The notes: generated by a model not told the origin, from the sequence alone. Counted from the stretch's first letter, positions 30,298-40,008 are shown. The stretch is DNA of 64,000 bases from an uncultured Holophagales bacterium (GCA_963842525.1 CAWJGT010000007.1:1-64000), one strand, 5' to 3'. Numbers and translations are program-made.

Positions 30298-30558
30298 ATG
30301 CGCAGAGCGGCGATCGTCGGAATGTTGCTGCTGGCCCTGCCGCGGATCGCCGCGGCCTGCGCCACTTGTTATGGAGCGTCGGACGCACCGATGACCCGGG
30401 GGATGAACAACGCCATCCTCATGCTCATCGGCGTGGTCGGCCTGGTGTACGTCGGCATCGGCAAGGTGATCTGGGACTTTCGGAAGCGCTCGAAGCGGCT
30501 GGCGGAGAAGCAGGGGATCCGGCCGCGGCTGCGCCTCATTCGCGGGGAGAAACATTGA
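30298..30558 (+). CDS. small exported CxxC membrane-anchored protein
   Basis: AAGGAGG RBS, signal peptide, CATC, then one TM helix. Confidence 0.7.
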   Translation: MRRAAIVGMLLLALPRIAAACATCYGASDAPMTRGMNNAILMLIGVVGLVYVGIGKVIWDFRKRSKRLAEKQGIRPRLRLIRGEKH

Positions 30559-31412
30559 TGAGCAACAATCTCGGTCTGCCCCTGAACTTTCCGGAGAACG
30601 CGTCCGCCCATGGCGCGGAGCTGGACTATCTGACGGCGATCGTCCACTGGTTCATGATCGTGCTCTTCGTGGGCTGGGGCCTCTTCTTCGTCTACACCCT
30701 GTTCCGCTTCCGCAAGGGGCGCAACCCGGTGGCGAGCTATACCGGGGCCAAGGGGAAGTTCTCGACCTACGGCGAGGCGGGCGTAGTGCTCGTCGAGGTG
30801 ATCCTGCTCGTCGCCTTCGCCGTGCCGATCTGGGCGCGGCGGGTCAACGTGCCGGACGAGGCCAACGCGGTGAAGGTGCGCGTGGTGGCCGAGCAGTTCG
30901 CCTGGAACGTCCACTATCCGGGCAAGGACGGCGTCTGGGGGCGTACGGACTCCAAGCTCGTGCGGACCGGCACGAACCCGCTGGGGCTCGATCCCAACGA
31001 TCCGCTGGGCAAGGACGACATCATCACCCTGAACCAGCTCCACCTGCCGGTGAACCGCCAGGCGCTGATCTACCTCAGCAGCAAGGACGTGATCCACAGC
31101 CTTTTCCTGCCGCAGATGCGGGTCAAGCAGGACGCGATCCCGGGCATGGTGATCCCGGTCCACTTCACGCCGACCAAGGTGACGCCGGTGGAAGGGCTGC
31201 TCCCAGGCTGTATCTCCCAGAAGCCCAAGAGCTGCTGGGAGATCGCCTGCGCCCAGCTTTGCGGCCTCACCCACTACCGGATGCAGGGCTACTACGCGGT
31301 CCACGCCGAGGCTGACTACGAAAAGTGGCTGACGGACAACGCGCCCAAGCCGCCGGTAGTGGCCGCACCCGAGCCTGTCGCGGTGGCGGTGCCGGCCGCG
31401 CCGGCGCCGTAG
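30558..31412 (+). CDS. ctaC: cytochrome c oxidase subunit II (CuA)
   Basis: QFAWNVHYPG, DVIHS, KQDAIPG, CAQLCGLTHYRM. Confidence 0.93.
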   Translation: MSNNLGLPLNFPENASAHGAELDYLTAIVHWFMIVLFVGWGLFFVYTLFRFRKGRNPVASYTGAKGKFSTYGEAGVVLVEVILLVAFAVPIWARRVNVPDEANAVKVRVVAEQFAWNVHYPGKDGVWGRTDSKLVRTGTNPLGLDPNDPLGKDDIITLNQLHLPVNRQALIYLSSKDVIHSLFLPQMRVKQDAIPGMVIPVHFTPTKVTPVEGLLPGCISQKPKSCWEIACAQLCGLTHYRMQGYYAVHAEADYEKWLTDNAPKPPVVAAPEPVAVAVPAAPAP

Positions 31413-31454
31413 GTCTCTTCGGGGGTGAGGCCGAAAACCTCACCCCCGGGACCC

Positions 31455-32771
31455 TCACCCCACCACCCGCCGCACCTCGGCTTCGATCACACCTGGCTCG
31501 ACCTCTTCGAGCTCATAGCGCACGTCGGCGATCGGCTTGTCGGTCTTCAGGATGCGGCGGAGCTCGATCGGTGTGCCCTCGACGACGACGTCGGCCGGGG
31601 TGGCGTTGATGGTCGCCTCGAGCTCGCGGATCTGGCGCTCGCCATAGCCCATGGCGGGCAGGATCTTGCGGGCGTTGGGATACTTCTCGTAGATCTCGCG
31701 GATCGAGCCCACGGCGTACGGCACCGGATCGACGATCTCGGCCGCGCCCGCCTCCTGGGCGGCGTACCAGCCGGCGCCGTAGCTCATGCCGCCATGGGTC
31801 AGGGTCGGCCCGTCCTCGACCACCAGCGCCCGCTTGCCGCGGATCAGCTCGGGATGATCGACCCGGATCGCCGAGCGGCACTGGATCACCCGCGCGCCCG
31901 GGTTCGCGCGGCGGCAGCTCTCCAGGACCTGCTCGACGTTCTTCGGGTCCGCCGTGTTCACCTTGTTGACGATCAGCAGGCCGGCCATCCGGAGGTTGGT
32001 CTCGCCGGGGTAGTAGGAGAGCTCGTGGCCCGGGCGGTGCGGATCGAGCAGCGCGATGTGGAGGTCCGGCCGGAAGAACGGCGTGTCGTTGTTGCCGCCG
32101 TCCCAGAGGATCACCTCGGCCTCCTCCTCGGCCTGGCGCAGGATCTTCTCGTAGTCGACGCCCGCATAGACCACGAAGCCGTTGTCGATGTGCGGCTCGT
32201 ACTCCTCCCGCTCCTCGATGGTGCATTCCTGGCGGTCGAGGTCCTCGTAGGTCTCGAAGCGCTGCGCCACCTGTTTGGTGAGATCGCCGTAGGGCATGGG
32301 ATGGCGGACCGCCACGACCTTCTTGCCGAGGTCGCGCAGGATGCGCGAGATGTAGCGCGTGGTCTGCGACTTGCCGACGCCGGTGCGGACAGCGGTCACC
32401 GCGATGACCGGCTTGCTCGACCGCAGCATGGTGCGCAGCGCCGAGCAGATCCCGAAGTGGGCCCCCCAGGCGACCACCCGGCTGCCCTTGTGCATCAGGT
32501 CCAGATGCGAGATGTCCGAGTACGAGAACCAGACTTCGTCGATCCCGTGTGTGCGGATCAGCGACTCCAGCTCCTCCTCGGCCCGGATCGGGATGCCCTG
32601 CGGATAGAGCGGTCCGGCCAGCACCGGCGGATAGGTCCGCCCCTCGATGTCGGGGATCTGGGCGGCGGTGAAGGCGACGACCTCATAGCGTTCGTCGTCG
32701 CGGAACAGGGTGTTGAAATTGTGGAAGTCGCGCCCAGCGGCTCCCATGATGACGACCTTCCTCCGGCCCAT
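31455..32771 (-). CDS. ArcE-like arginine synthetase / cyclic 2,3-diphosphoglycerate synthetase family P-loop protein
   Basis: GAAGRDFHNFN, AVRTGVGKSQT, RHPMPYG, EEREEYE, WDGGNND, EDGPTLTHG. Confidence 0.8.
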   Translation of the reverse strand: MGRRKVVIMGAAGRDFHNFNTLFRDDERYEVVAFTAAQIPDIEGRTYPPVLAGPLYPQGIPIRAEEELESLIRTHGIDEVWFSYSDISHLDLMHKGSRVVAWGAHFGICSALRTMLRSSKPVIAVTAVRTGVGKSQTTRYISRILRDLGKKVVAVRHPMPYGDLTKQVAQRFETYEDLDRQECTIEEREEYEPHIDNGFVVYAGVDYEKILRQAEEEAEVILWDGGNNDTPFFRPDLHIALLDPHRPGHELSYYPGETNLRMAGLLIVNKVNTADPKNVEQVLESCRRANPGARVIQCRSAIRVDHPELIRGKRALVVEDGPTLTHGGMSYGAGWYAAQEAGAAEIVDPVPYAVGSIREIYEKYPNARKILPAMGYGERQIRELEATINATPADVVVEGTPIELRRILKTDKPIADVRYELEEVEPGVIEAEVRRVVG

Positions 32772-32825
32772 CGATTCCCTCCTTTCTGGCGGCCCGGCCT
32801 GGGACATAGAGCATAGAATCGCCCC

Positions 32826-33248
32826 ATGCTCGACGTCCGAGACCTACCCGCGGTCAACGCGGCGCTCAACAGCCTGGCGGCCATCTTACTCGTGACGGCC
32901 TGGGTCCTCATCCGCAGACGGCGGCCGATCGCGCACCGCAACGTGATGATCGCCGCCCTGGTCTGCTCGGCCCTCTTCCTCACCTCCTATCTGACCTACC
33001 ACGCCCAGGTCGGCTCGGTCCGCTTCCAGGGGACCGGCGCGGCGCGGACGGTCTATTTCACGATCCTGCTCACCCATACGATCCTCGCCGCCTGCGTGCC
33101 GTTCCTGGCCGGCATCACGGTCTGGCGGGCGTACCGGAAGCGCTACGACCGCCACGTGCGGATCGCCCGTTGGACCCTGCCGATCTGGCTCTACGTGTCG
33201 GTGACGGGCGTCGTGGTCTACTGGATGCTGTACCAGATGACGTGGTGA
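32826..33248 (+). CDS. DUF420 membrane protein
   Basis: LPAVNAALN, FLTSYL.YH, ARWTLPIWLYVSVTGVVVY. Confidence 0.9.
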   Translation: MLDVRDLPAVNAALNSLAAILLVTAWVLIRRRRPIAHRNVMIAALVCSALFLTSYLTYHAQVGSVRFQGTGAARTVYFTILLTHTILAACVPFLAGITVWRAYRKRYDRHVRIARWTLPIWLYVSVTGVVVYWMLYQMTW

Positions 33249-33251
33249 GGC

Positions 33252-34193
33252 TCAGCGCGCCGGCTCGTAGAGCTCGAGCCCTGCCGCGTCGCCCGTGACG
33301 ATCGTGCCGGCCTCGCCGCGGAGGATCCGCTCGAGATCGGCGAGCGCGCCGATGGCGGCAATTTTGCCGGTTTTTTCCACGAATTCGATCGCCGCCTCGA
33401 CCTTCGGGCCCATGGAGCCGGCGGCGAAACCTTGGTCGGCGAGGGCCTGCGGCGCGGCGCGGCGAATTGCCTGCTGCGTCGGCTTGCCCCAGTCGAGATA
33501 GACCGCGTCGGCGTCGGTGGCCATGATGAAGGCATCGACCTCCAGCTCGCGGGCGAGGAGGGAGCCCGCGCGGTCCTTGTCCACCACCGCGTCGATGCCG
33601 TGGAGCTGGCGGCCGGGGGCGTACGAAGTCGGGATGCCGCCACCGCCGGCGCAGATGACGATGCACCCTTTTTCGAGCAGCCACTTGACCGGCCGGATCT
33701 GGAAGATCCGCTGGGGCAGGGGAGAGGGGACCACGCGCCGCCACCCGGGGCCGTCCGGCGCCACCGTCCACCCCTTCTCCTGGGCGAGGCGCTTCGCCTC
33801 CTGCTCCGAGTAGACCGGGCCGATGGGCTTGGTCGGGTTCTGGAAGGCAGGATCGTCCGGATCGACCTCGACCATCGAGAGGATGGTGGCCAGAGGCTGC
33901 TCGAAGGGGAGGATGTTGCCGAGCTCCTGCTCGATCATGTAGCCGATCATCCCCTCGGTCTGTGCGCCGAGCACGTCCAGAGGATAGGGGCTGACCGCGT
34001 GATAGGCGGCGCCCTGGAGCGCCAGGAGGCCCACCTGGGGGCCGTTGCCGTGCGTGATGACGAGCTCGTGCTCGCGGCCGAGGGGAGCCAAGGCCTCGGC
34101 CGCGATCCGGACGTTCCTCCTCTGGTTCTCCGCGCTCAGCTCTTCGCCGCGGCGCAGCAGGGCATTGCCGCCCAGGGCTACCAGGATTCTCAT
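33252..34193 (-). CDS. arcC: carbamate kinase
   Basis: [51 protein letters not shown]. Confidence 0.95.
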   Translation of the reverse strand: MRILVALGGNALLRRGEELSAENQRRNVRIAAEALAPLGREHELVITHGNGPQVGLLALQGAAYHAVSPYPLDVLGAQTEGMIGYMIEQELGNILPFEQPLATILSMVEVDPDDPAFQNPTKPIGPVYSEQEAKRLAQEKGWTVAPDGPGWRRVVPSPLPQRIFQIRPVKWLLEKGCIVICAGGGGIPTSYAPGRQLHGIDAVVDKDRAGSLLARELEVDAFIMATDADAVYLDWGKPTQQAIRRAAPQALADQGFAAGSMGPKVEAAIEFVEKTGKIAAIGALADLERILRGEAGTIVTGDAAGLELYEPAR

Positions 34194-34268
34194 CGCAAGC
34201 CGCTCCTTCGCCCTCTTGGGCACGAGAAGCGGAAAGTCTACCCCGGTCCGCTTTAGAATGGTGTCTCG

Positions 34269-35618
34269 ATGACTACCCTCAAAGAGCCCCTCGTGCACGA
34301 GCCCCTCGACACCCTGGATGTCACCGTGTCGGTCCGTGACCCCGGCCCCAACCCCTCCGGCCGGGTGTCGGCCATGGCGGCCGGTCTCGTCGGCTCGGAG
34401 ATCCTCCGCATCGCGGGCGAGATCCGCGTCCTCATGGCCACGGGTAAGCCGGTCTGCAACCTGACGGTCGGCGATTTCGACACCCGCTATTTCCCGATCC
34501 CGGCGCGGCTCTCGGCGGGCATCCATGCCGCTCTCGACCACGGCGAGACCAACTATCCTCCGTCGAGCGGCATCCAGAGGCTGCGGGAGGCGGTCGTCCG
34601 GTTCTATGAACGCGACCTCGGCCTGCGCTATCCGGTCGACTCGGTGCTCATCGCGGGCGGGGCCAGGCCGGTGATCTACGGCATCTTCCGCACCCTGTGC
34701 GATCCCGGCGACCGGGTGGTCTACCCGGTGCCGAGCTGGAACAACAACCACTACATCCACATGGCGGATTGCGTCGGGGTGCCGGTGGTCTGCCGCCCCG
34801 AGCACCGCTTCCTGCCGACCGGAGAATCCCTGGCCGGTGCGCTCCCGGGCGCGCGCCTCCTCTGCCTCAACTCGCCTCTCAACCCCACGGGCACCGCCTT
34901 CTCGCGCGACGCTCTCCTCGGCACCTGCGAGGCGGTGCTCGAAGAGAACGAGTCCCGCGAGCGCCGCGGCGAGCGTCCCCTCTACCTGATGTACGACCAC
35001 ATCTACTGGATGCTCCGCTTCGGCGACACCCAGCACTTCACGCCGCCTGGGCTGTTGCCCGAGATGGCGCGTTACACCGTGTTCGTGGACGGCATCAGCA
35101 AGGCCTTCGCGGCCACCGGGCTGCGCGTCGGCTGGGGAGTCGGCCCCGTGGACGTGATGACGCGCATGTCGGCCGTGCTGGGCCATGTTGGCGCCTGGGC
35201 GCCGCGGCCGGAGCAGGTGGCCACCGTGGGCCTGCTCGACGATGCGGAGGGGACCCGGGATTTCCTCGCCGCCTTCCTGCCGGAGGTCGAAGCACGGCTC
35301 GACCGGCTGCACGAGGGCATCCAGGCGATGAAGGGCCGGGGGCTGCCGGTCGAGAGCATCCCGCCTATGGGAGCCATCTACCTGACGGCCCGGATCCACC
35401 CCTTCGGCCGCCGGACCGCCTCCGGGGACGAGCTGCGCACCAACGACGACGTGCGCCGCTACCTGTTGGAGGCTGCCGGCATCGGGATCATCCCCTTCCA
35501 GGCCTTCGGCGCGACAACGGACGACGGCTGGTTCCGCCTCAGTGTGGGAGCGGTCTCCATCGAGGAGATCGATGCAGCTCTCCCGCGGCTTGAGGAGGCG
35601 CTGCGGCGGTTGGGCTAG
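34269..35618 (+). CDS. PLP-dependent aminotransferase class I/II
   Basis: [40 protein letters not shown]. Confidence 0.92.
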   Translation: MTTLKEPLVHEPLDTLDVTVSVRDPGPNPSGRVSAMAAGLVGSEILRIAGEIRVLMATGKPVCNLTVGDFDTRYFPIPARLSAGIHAALDHGETNYPPSSGIQRLREAVVRFYERDLGLRYPVDSVLIAGGARPVIYGIFRTLCDPGDRVVYPVPSWNNNHYIHMADCVGVPVVCRPEHRFLPTGESLAGALPGARLLCLNSPLNPTGTAFSRDALLGTCEAVLEENESRERRGERPLYLMYDHIYWMLRFGDTQHFTPPGLLPEMARYTVFVDGISKAFAATGLRVGWGVGPVDVMTRMSAVLGHVGAWAPRPEQVATVGLLDDAEGTRDFLAAFLPEVEARLDRLHEGIQAMKGRGLPVESIPPMGAIYLTARIHPFGRRTASGDELRTNDDVRRYLLEAAGIGIIPFQAFGATTDDGWFRLSVGAVSIEEIDAALPRLEEALRRLG

Positions 35619-35622
35619 TAGT

Positions 35623-36171
35623 TTACTTGAGCAGAAGAATCCCGCCGCCTAGGAAAACAATGAGCATTAGGTAAGCAAGAGCTGCAATCCCGGCAACGCC
35701 AAGAAGTCGGGTAAGCAATGACCACTGTTCCCTGCGGGCGACTGAAAATGCAGCCGCAGCGAAGCCGGCGCCGATACCGGCTGGCACAACACCACCCAGC
35801 GTAAGGATAGGAATGCCCAAGGGTAGCAGACAGGGCACAGTTAAGAACCAGGGCATTGTATAGTTGGAGTCAAGAGGCTGGGCGCCCGAGTCAGCGATGA
35901 AGGCCGTGATGTCTTTCGCCAGGCGGTCGGTATACGCCGCAAATTTCTTGACCGTTAGGTCGAAAGCTGAGCCATTGTGAGCGACTCGCACGCGATTCTC
36001 TTCAAGATAATGGATAGGTGTACCTCGAGGAATATGAAGTTTTGTGCTTCGTCCCTTTTTGAGATGTAAGCCGTCTTCGGCGAGCAGGCACCGGTAGACG
36101 CCGCGAGGCGGAAAGGGTACGTCACTCTTGACATCGACTTTGAACTTCAAGCAACCCTCCTTCTTGAACAC
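35623..36171 (-). CDS. lower-GC hypothetical membrane protein, cassette-like
   Basis: C-terminal TM helices; GTG start overlaps a GTTAGGT core site. Confidence 0.6.
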   Translation of the reverse strand: MFKKEGCLKFKVDVKSDVPFPPRGVYRCLLAEDGLHLKKGRSTKLHIPRGTPIHYLEENRVRVAHNGSAFDLTVKKFAAYTDRLAKDITAFIADSGAQPLDSNYTMPWFLTVPCLLPLGIPILTLGGVVPAGIGAGFAAAAFSVARREQWSLLTRLLGVAGIAALAYLMLIVFLGGGILLLK

Positions 36172-36188
36172 CTAACGAGACTGAGCGG

Positions 36189-36338
36189 AGGTCTTCAGCT
36201 TTTCTCAAGCAGTTCGCGGTACTCGGCGAGGCTCAGTATCACGGCCACAGGCCTACCATCCCGGATCACGATCTCGGGTGAGGTTGAGTTGTTCTCCATA
36301 GAAACCACCTCCCAAGCGAGTCTACCAGGGTTCTTGGG
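36189..36338 (-). pseudogene. truncated antitoxin copy with its upstream region (150-bp repeat of 56512-56660)
   Basis: MENNSTSPEIVIRDGRPVAVILSLAEYRELLEK and upstream DNA nearly identical to the intact gene at 56418-56621. Confidence 0.88.
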
Positions 36339-36361
36339 CATGCCGCGCGTGGCACTGCCAG

Positions 36362-36520
36362 GCACTTCTTGACGGCGGTGCCCTTGGACCCGGGGCCGCC
36401 GTCCTTTCTCACCTTCTCAATTGTCAAAGAGCCGGGCGCTCCGCCAGCATCGCGGGAATCGCCTTGCGGCGGTGATCCCGATCTCTCGGTCGATCGGCAT
36501 CATCACACCTTCTTCAATAT
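36362..36520 (-). ncRNA. putative structured RNA with GNRA hairpin, boxA-like motif and 3' hairpin
   Basis: Minus strand: CGCC-GCAA-GGCG stem-loop, GCTCTTTGACAA, GACGGCGG...CCGCCGTC hairpin; TTGACT-17-CAGGCT upstream. Confidence 0.35.
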
Positions 36521-36657
36521 GCGGTAGCCTGCTACGCTCGACGGCCGAAGTCAAACGAGGCCTTGACATCGCCATGCACGTCGTACAGACTATGCGCACT
36601 CCGTCGCCACTTCCGGCGCTGGATGTCCGAGCCCTCGGGCTCAAGAAGGAGAAGGAA

Positions 36658-37016
36658 ATGGCTGAAGCAACCTATGCAGGAAAACTGGGCGCACTGGCGC
36701 GGTTCATCGCCGCTCTGCTTGCCATGTGTCCGAGCTCGTCCACCTGGACGGCATTCGTGTTCCGATCGAAGCGATCCTGGCCGAGGCCCAGGGCGTCACC
36801 CGGGAACAGGCCGTCCTCACCACCAGCCGGCAGGAGGCGAGCCAGCGCATCCGGGCGCTGCTCATCGAAGGCGACCGGCTGCTGACCGCGGCGAGCAAGA
36901 TCCTCCAGGAGCACTATGGCCTGCAGTCGGAAAAGCTCGCGGAGCTCCACCTGCAGCCCTTCCGCCAGCGCCACCACCGCGATCCCCACGGCCGATCCGC
37001 AGCAGCTCTGCTCTGA
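36658..37016 (+). CDS. small alpha-helical protein, frameshifted near 36724
   Basis: AAGGAG RBS region and TTGACA-17-CAGACT promoter; MAEATYAGKLG...ALLA joins SELVHLDG...QEHYGLQSEKLAELHLQPFR. Confidence 0.6.
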
Positions 37017-37130
37017 GGAGCGTAGCGGCCACGCTCCCCGTATTCCGCTCCCATCTTCGAACGCTCCCACCGCGCCAGCCCGCGCCACAGCCTCGCAGCA
37101 TCCTCTGCAGATCGATGCAGCTACGCCGTC

Positions 37131-37517
37131 GTAAGCTTATCCGCCGCAGATACCGTTATCCGGGCCAGTGTAAGCTTATCCAGCACAGATAACACTATCC
37201 GCCGCAGATAAGCTTATCCAGCGCGGATACGCTTATCCGGCGTGGATAACACTATCTGCCGCGGATAAGCTTATCCAGGCCAGCGCAAGCTTATCCGGCA
37301 CAGATAACACTATCTGGCGTAGATAAGCTTATCCAGCGCGGATAAGCTTATCCGGCGTGGATAACACTATCTGCCGCGGATAAGCTTATCCAGGCCAGCG
37401 TAAGCTTATCCGGCGCAGATAACACTATCTGGCGTGGATAAGCTTATCTGGCGCAGATACCGTTATCCGGGCCAGTGTAAGCTTATCTGACGTGGATAAC
37501 ATTATCTGGCGCAGATA
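37131..37517. repeat. tandem array of ~20 palindromic 12-mers (GATAAGCTTATC and variants), period 19-20 bp
   Basis: GATAAGCTTATC / GATAACACTATC / GATACCGTTATC cores with 7-9 nt GC-rich linkers; 115-bp higher-order duplication starting at 37207 and 37322. Confidence 0.95.
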
Positions 37518-37597
37518 CGCCGTCATGCCGAGGCGGAATCTGTACACCTTCGCTGGTCTCTCACGCAGGCGATTTAGCGACGGCCAACGGTTGGGAG

Positions 37598-38086
37598 TCA
37601 GGCGCCATCGCGCATGCGCTTCGCCTGCCAGTTTCCGGAACGCGGGGGCCAGTCGACGCGCCAGCCGGAGTTGTTGGACGATGGCGATATCGGGGTGTGA
37701 CCACGAACCAGCCATGAACCCGGGCCAACGGATGAGGAGCGCACGGAAGTGCACCGTTTGGTGGGGCAGCGGATTCACTTCGATCTCGGTCCGTAGAGCC
37801 GATGAATCCATTCAGTGAGGGTGATCAGCTCGTTGTTGGATCGAATCCTCAGAACGGGTGAGTCTCTGCGGAAGTTGACCGAGATGAGGCCTGATGTGCC
37901 TTCGAGTTGGCCAGGCTCCGGAAACGCAAGAGGCCCCCTCTCGTAAAGCTCGCCGTGAACCCGACCGTTCCCGGTCTCTTGGAGGTGCATGCGGAAGTGC
38001 ACTCTGTCCGGTTCCCGCGAATGCTCAGGCCGTTCGTCAAAGGGATATTCATAGTACCCCTCCCAGGTGCCAGTGATCTGAAACAT
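37598..38086 (-). pseudogene. cassette-like hypothetical gene, frameshifted
   Basis: MFQITGTWEGYYEY... breaks near 37800 and continues in another frame; flanked by attC-like remnants. Confidence 0.45.
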
Positions 38087-38102
38087 CGTTGGGTAGATTA
38101 TA

Positions 38103-38168
38103 GACGTACGACGTGGATGCCGTTCGGCGGTGGCGCCAGCCGATCGCTGCAATGGCCGGGTTGGGGGC
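38103..38168 (-). mobile_element. degenerate attC-like site
   Basis: Minus strand CCCCAAC-CCGGC-CATTGCAGCG...CCGCCGAAC-GGCATCCAC-GTCGTAC resembles RYYYAAC-N5-GTTGCAGCGG...CCGCTGAAC-N6-GTTRRRY. Confidence 0.5.
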
Positions 38169-38179
38169 TATGGGCTATC

Positions 38180-39052
38180 CTATGCCCTCTCTTCGTAGTC
38201 GTCCGACACAGAGGCCCGAAATACCTTGAGAATCTCTTTCTCTGTACGATCGCATACGCCCGCTAGTTCACCGCACGAGGCCTCATTGGCAACGCTGAAA
38301 GCAATGTACTCTTTAAGGGTACGCAGGACTTCAAGTGAGACCACAGCCAAGTAGTTCACATGAGGTTGTACGTTGTTGTCTCGAATTTCAAACGTACCGC
38401 CATCAACTTCAAGATAGTGAAACAGGAGATCGGTCCAGCTGCCATGTATCGTATGAGACCCCATCGACTGAATGGCTATATACCCCTCCGGCGGAAGGTC
38501 CAGATCTCGGCAAATAGAGAAGAAGTCATGCAACGGCTTGCTTGAGCGGACTTCGTCCTCGGTCATTCCTGCGAGTTCGATGCACTGAGCTATGGACTTA
38601 AGCATGCGGTCTTCAACTATCCAATCTCGCCCTCCGCGGTCTGTAATTCGGGATTTAACTTGATCGTGAAGCCTCAGGTCCGCACGTAGCCCATCCGCCA
38701 TGTAACGCTTGAAGAGTCCCGGCTCGTTACGCTTCATTAGCCAGCAGGCCTTGATTGCCGACTCACAAATGCACCGAGTAAGAGCGGCAATCACTTCTCC
38801 ATGCTTCCGCTCCGCCGCGAGCTTTACTGCTGCTAAGATCAGGCGGCTGCACCTGTTGATGAGTCCCCGAATCACGGCATACTCAAGCTCCGGGTGTTCG
38901 ATAACACCAGGAGTTCTGGGGCCTATGGTGCTCAAATGAATGGCAAGCAACCCCACATGGCGACACAACTCAAACGTCGGACGAAGCCAGTCTCTATCCG
39001 AAGAGAACCGGTCCCATTCGGAATCTTCAAACCTTGGCGGCTCTGGCAGCAT
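38180..39052 (-). CDS. DUF5677-like (HEPN-related) protein, lower GC
   Basis: LTRCICESAIKACWL and Y...S..IHGSW motifs. Confidence 0.6.
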   Translation of the reverse strand: MLPEPPRFEDSEWDRFSSDRDWLRPTFELCRHVGLLAIHLSTIGPRTPGVIEHPELEYAVIRGLINRCSRLILAAVKLAAERKHGEVIAALTRCICESAIKACWLMKRNEPGLFKRYMADGLRADLRLHDQVKSRITDRGGRDWIVEDRMLKSIAQCIELAGMTEDEVRSSKPLHDFFSICRDLDLPPEGYIAIQSMGSHTIHGSWTDLLFHYLEVDGGTFEIRDNNVQPHVNYLAVVSLEVLRTLKEYIAFSVANEASCGELAGVCDRTEKEILKVFRASVSDDYEERA

Positions 39053-39130
39053 CTGGCTTCCCTTATGGCGCCCAATCCTGACTCACATATTCGCCGACAC
39101 CGTGCCCACAGGCGTATACGGCAGCCGCCC

Positions 39131-39361
39131 TCAGCGCCGCCGCCGCGCCGCCTTGACCGCGGCCCGACCGAGCGCCGCCGGGGTGGCATGGAACGCCGTC
39201 TCCATTCCCTTCCTGGTCGCCGGCGTCTGCATGCGCTCGAGCAGGATCACCTGTTCCCGCCCTAAGCTTTCCACAACCACCACGCTTCCGTGCTGAACCT
39301 TGTCCACAACCTCCTGGGGTTTCCTGGCAAGGTCGGGTTGGGAGATCGTGGTCCGGGTCAT
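39131..39361 (-). pseudogene. chimeric Phd-like antitoxin fragment
   Basis: N-half VVESLGREQVILLE matches VVESSGREQVILLE near 56940-56980; C-half RMQTP..GM..AF.A.PA.LGRAA resembles another antitoxin family. Confidence 0.5.
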
Positions 39362-39555
39362 TGGATTGTCCTCGGACCATAGTCTGGCCGAGCGACGCCA
39401 CCGCCGGGGGGTTCCTCCGGGTAGGGGAAATCCGGCGCGCTTCCAGCGAGGTCCAGGAACTCCTGGCTCCATCTCCGGCCCGCAGGTTCGAGGACGACCC
39501 TCTCGCCTTCGCGCGAGATCAATCCGGCCTTGAACAGCTTCGCTCTCTGTGACAT
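39358..39555 (-). pseudogene. internally deleted VapB (AbrB-type) antitoxin
   Basis: GAGGAG RBS; MSQRAKLFKAG joined directly to LISREGERVVLEP, so the usual SQAVRLPK segment is missing; no toxin follows. Confidence 0.6.
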
Positions 39556-39693
39556 GGCACTCCTCCTCGGCATAAAGTACCAGATTCTGGAGTCCTCGAC
39601 CCCGTTTCCCGGTTGAGCGCCCATGCTATGATCCTGAGCCGTGTAGCAGGCTATGAAGCTGACTTCATGTTTCTCTCGATAGAGTCGATTCCC

Positions 39694-39940
39694 ATGCCGA
39701 AGATCATCGGTGTCACCGACCTTCAGCGACGGTTCAAGGCGGTGCTCCACGAGGTGGCCGAGGAGCATGTTTCGTACGTTTTGATCCGGGGAAGCCAGCC
39801 GCGGGCGGCCCTGATTCCCTACGAGGAGTTCCTCCGGTATCAGGAGCTCACGGAAGGCGATGTCCTCCGGCGCTTCGGGCGCCTTCGTGCGCGGATGGCC
39901 GAAGCCAGCGCGAGCCTCAGTGAGGACGAAGTGGCTGCTG
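39694..39940 (+). pseudogene. Phd/YefM antitoxin, 3' end lost, no toxin partner
   Basis: IIGVTDLQRRFKAVLHEV...PRAALIPYEEF; the ORF then runs into non-coding-looking DNA. Confidence 0.65.
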
Positions 39941-40008
39941 GGCGGCGGCACGGGTGGAGCTGGAAGCTTGATCCGAGCTGTCGCTCGATACCTCGATCGG
40001 GGTACTTG

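Noticed and set aside
37131-37517. CRISPR array
   Set aside because: 12-bp repeats with 7-9 nt recurring linkers, no unique spacers and no cas genes.
37425-37818. ORFs running into the palindrome array
   Set aside because: The 19-20 bp period breaks frame and the array is rich in TAA stops; the repeat is not coding.
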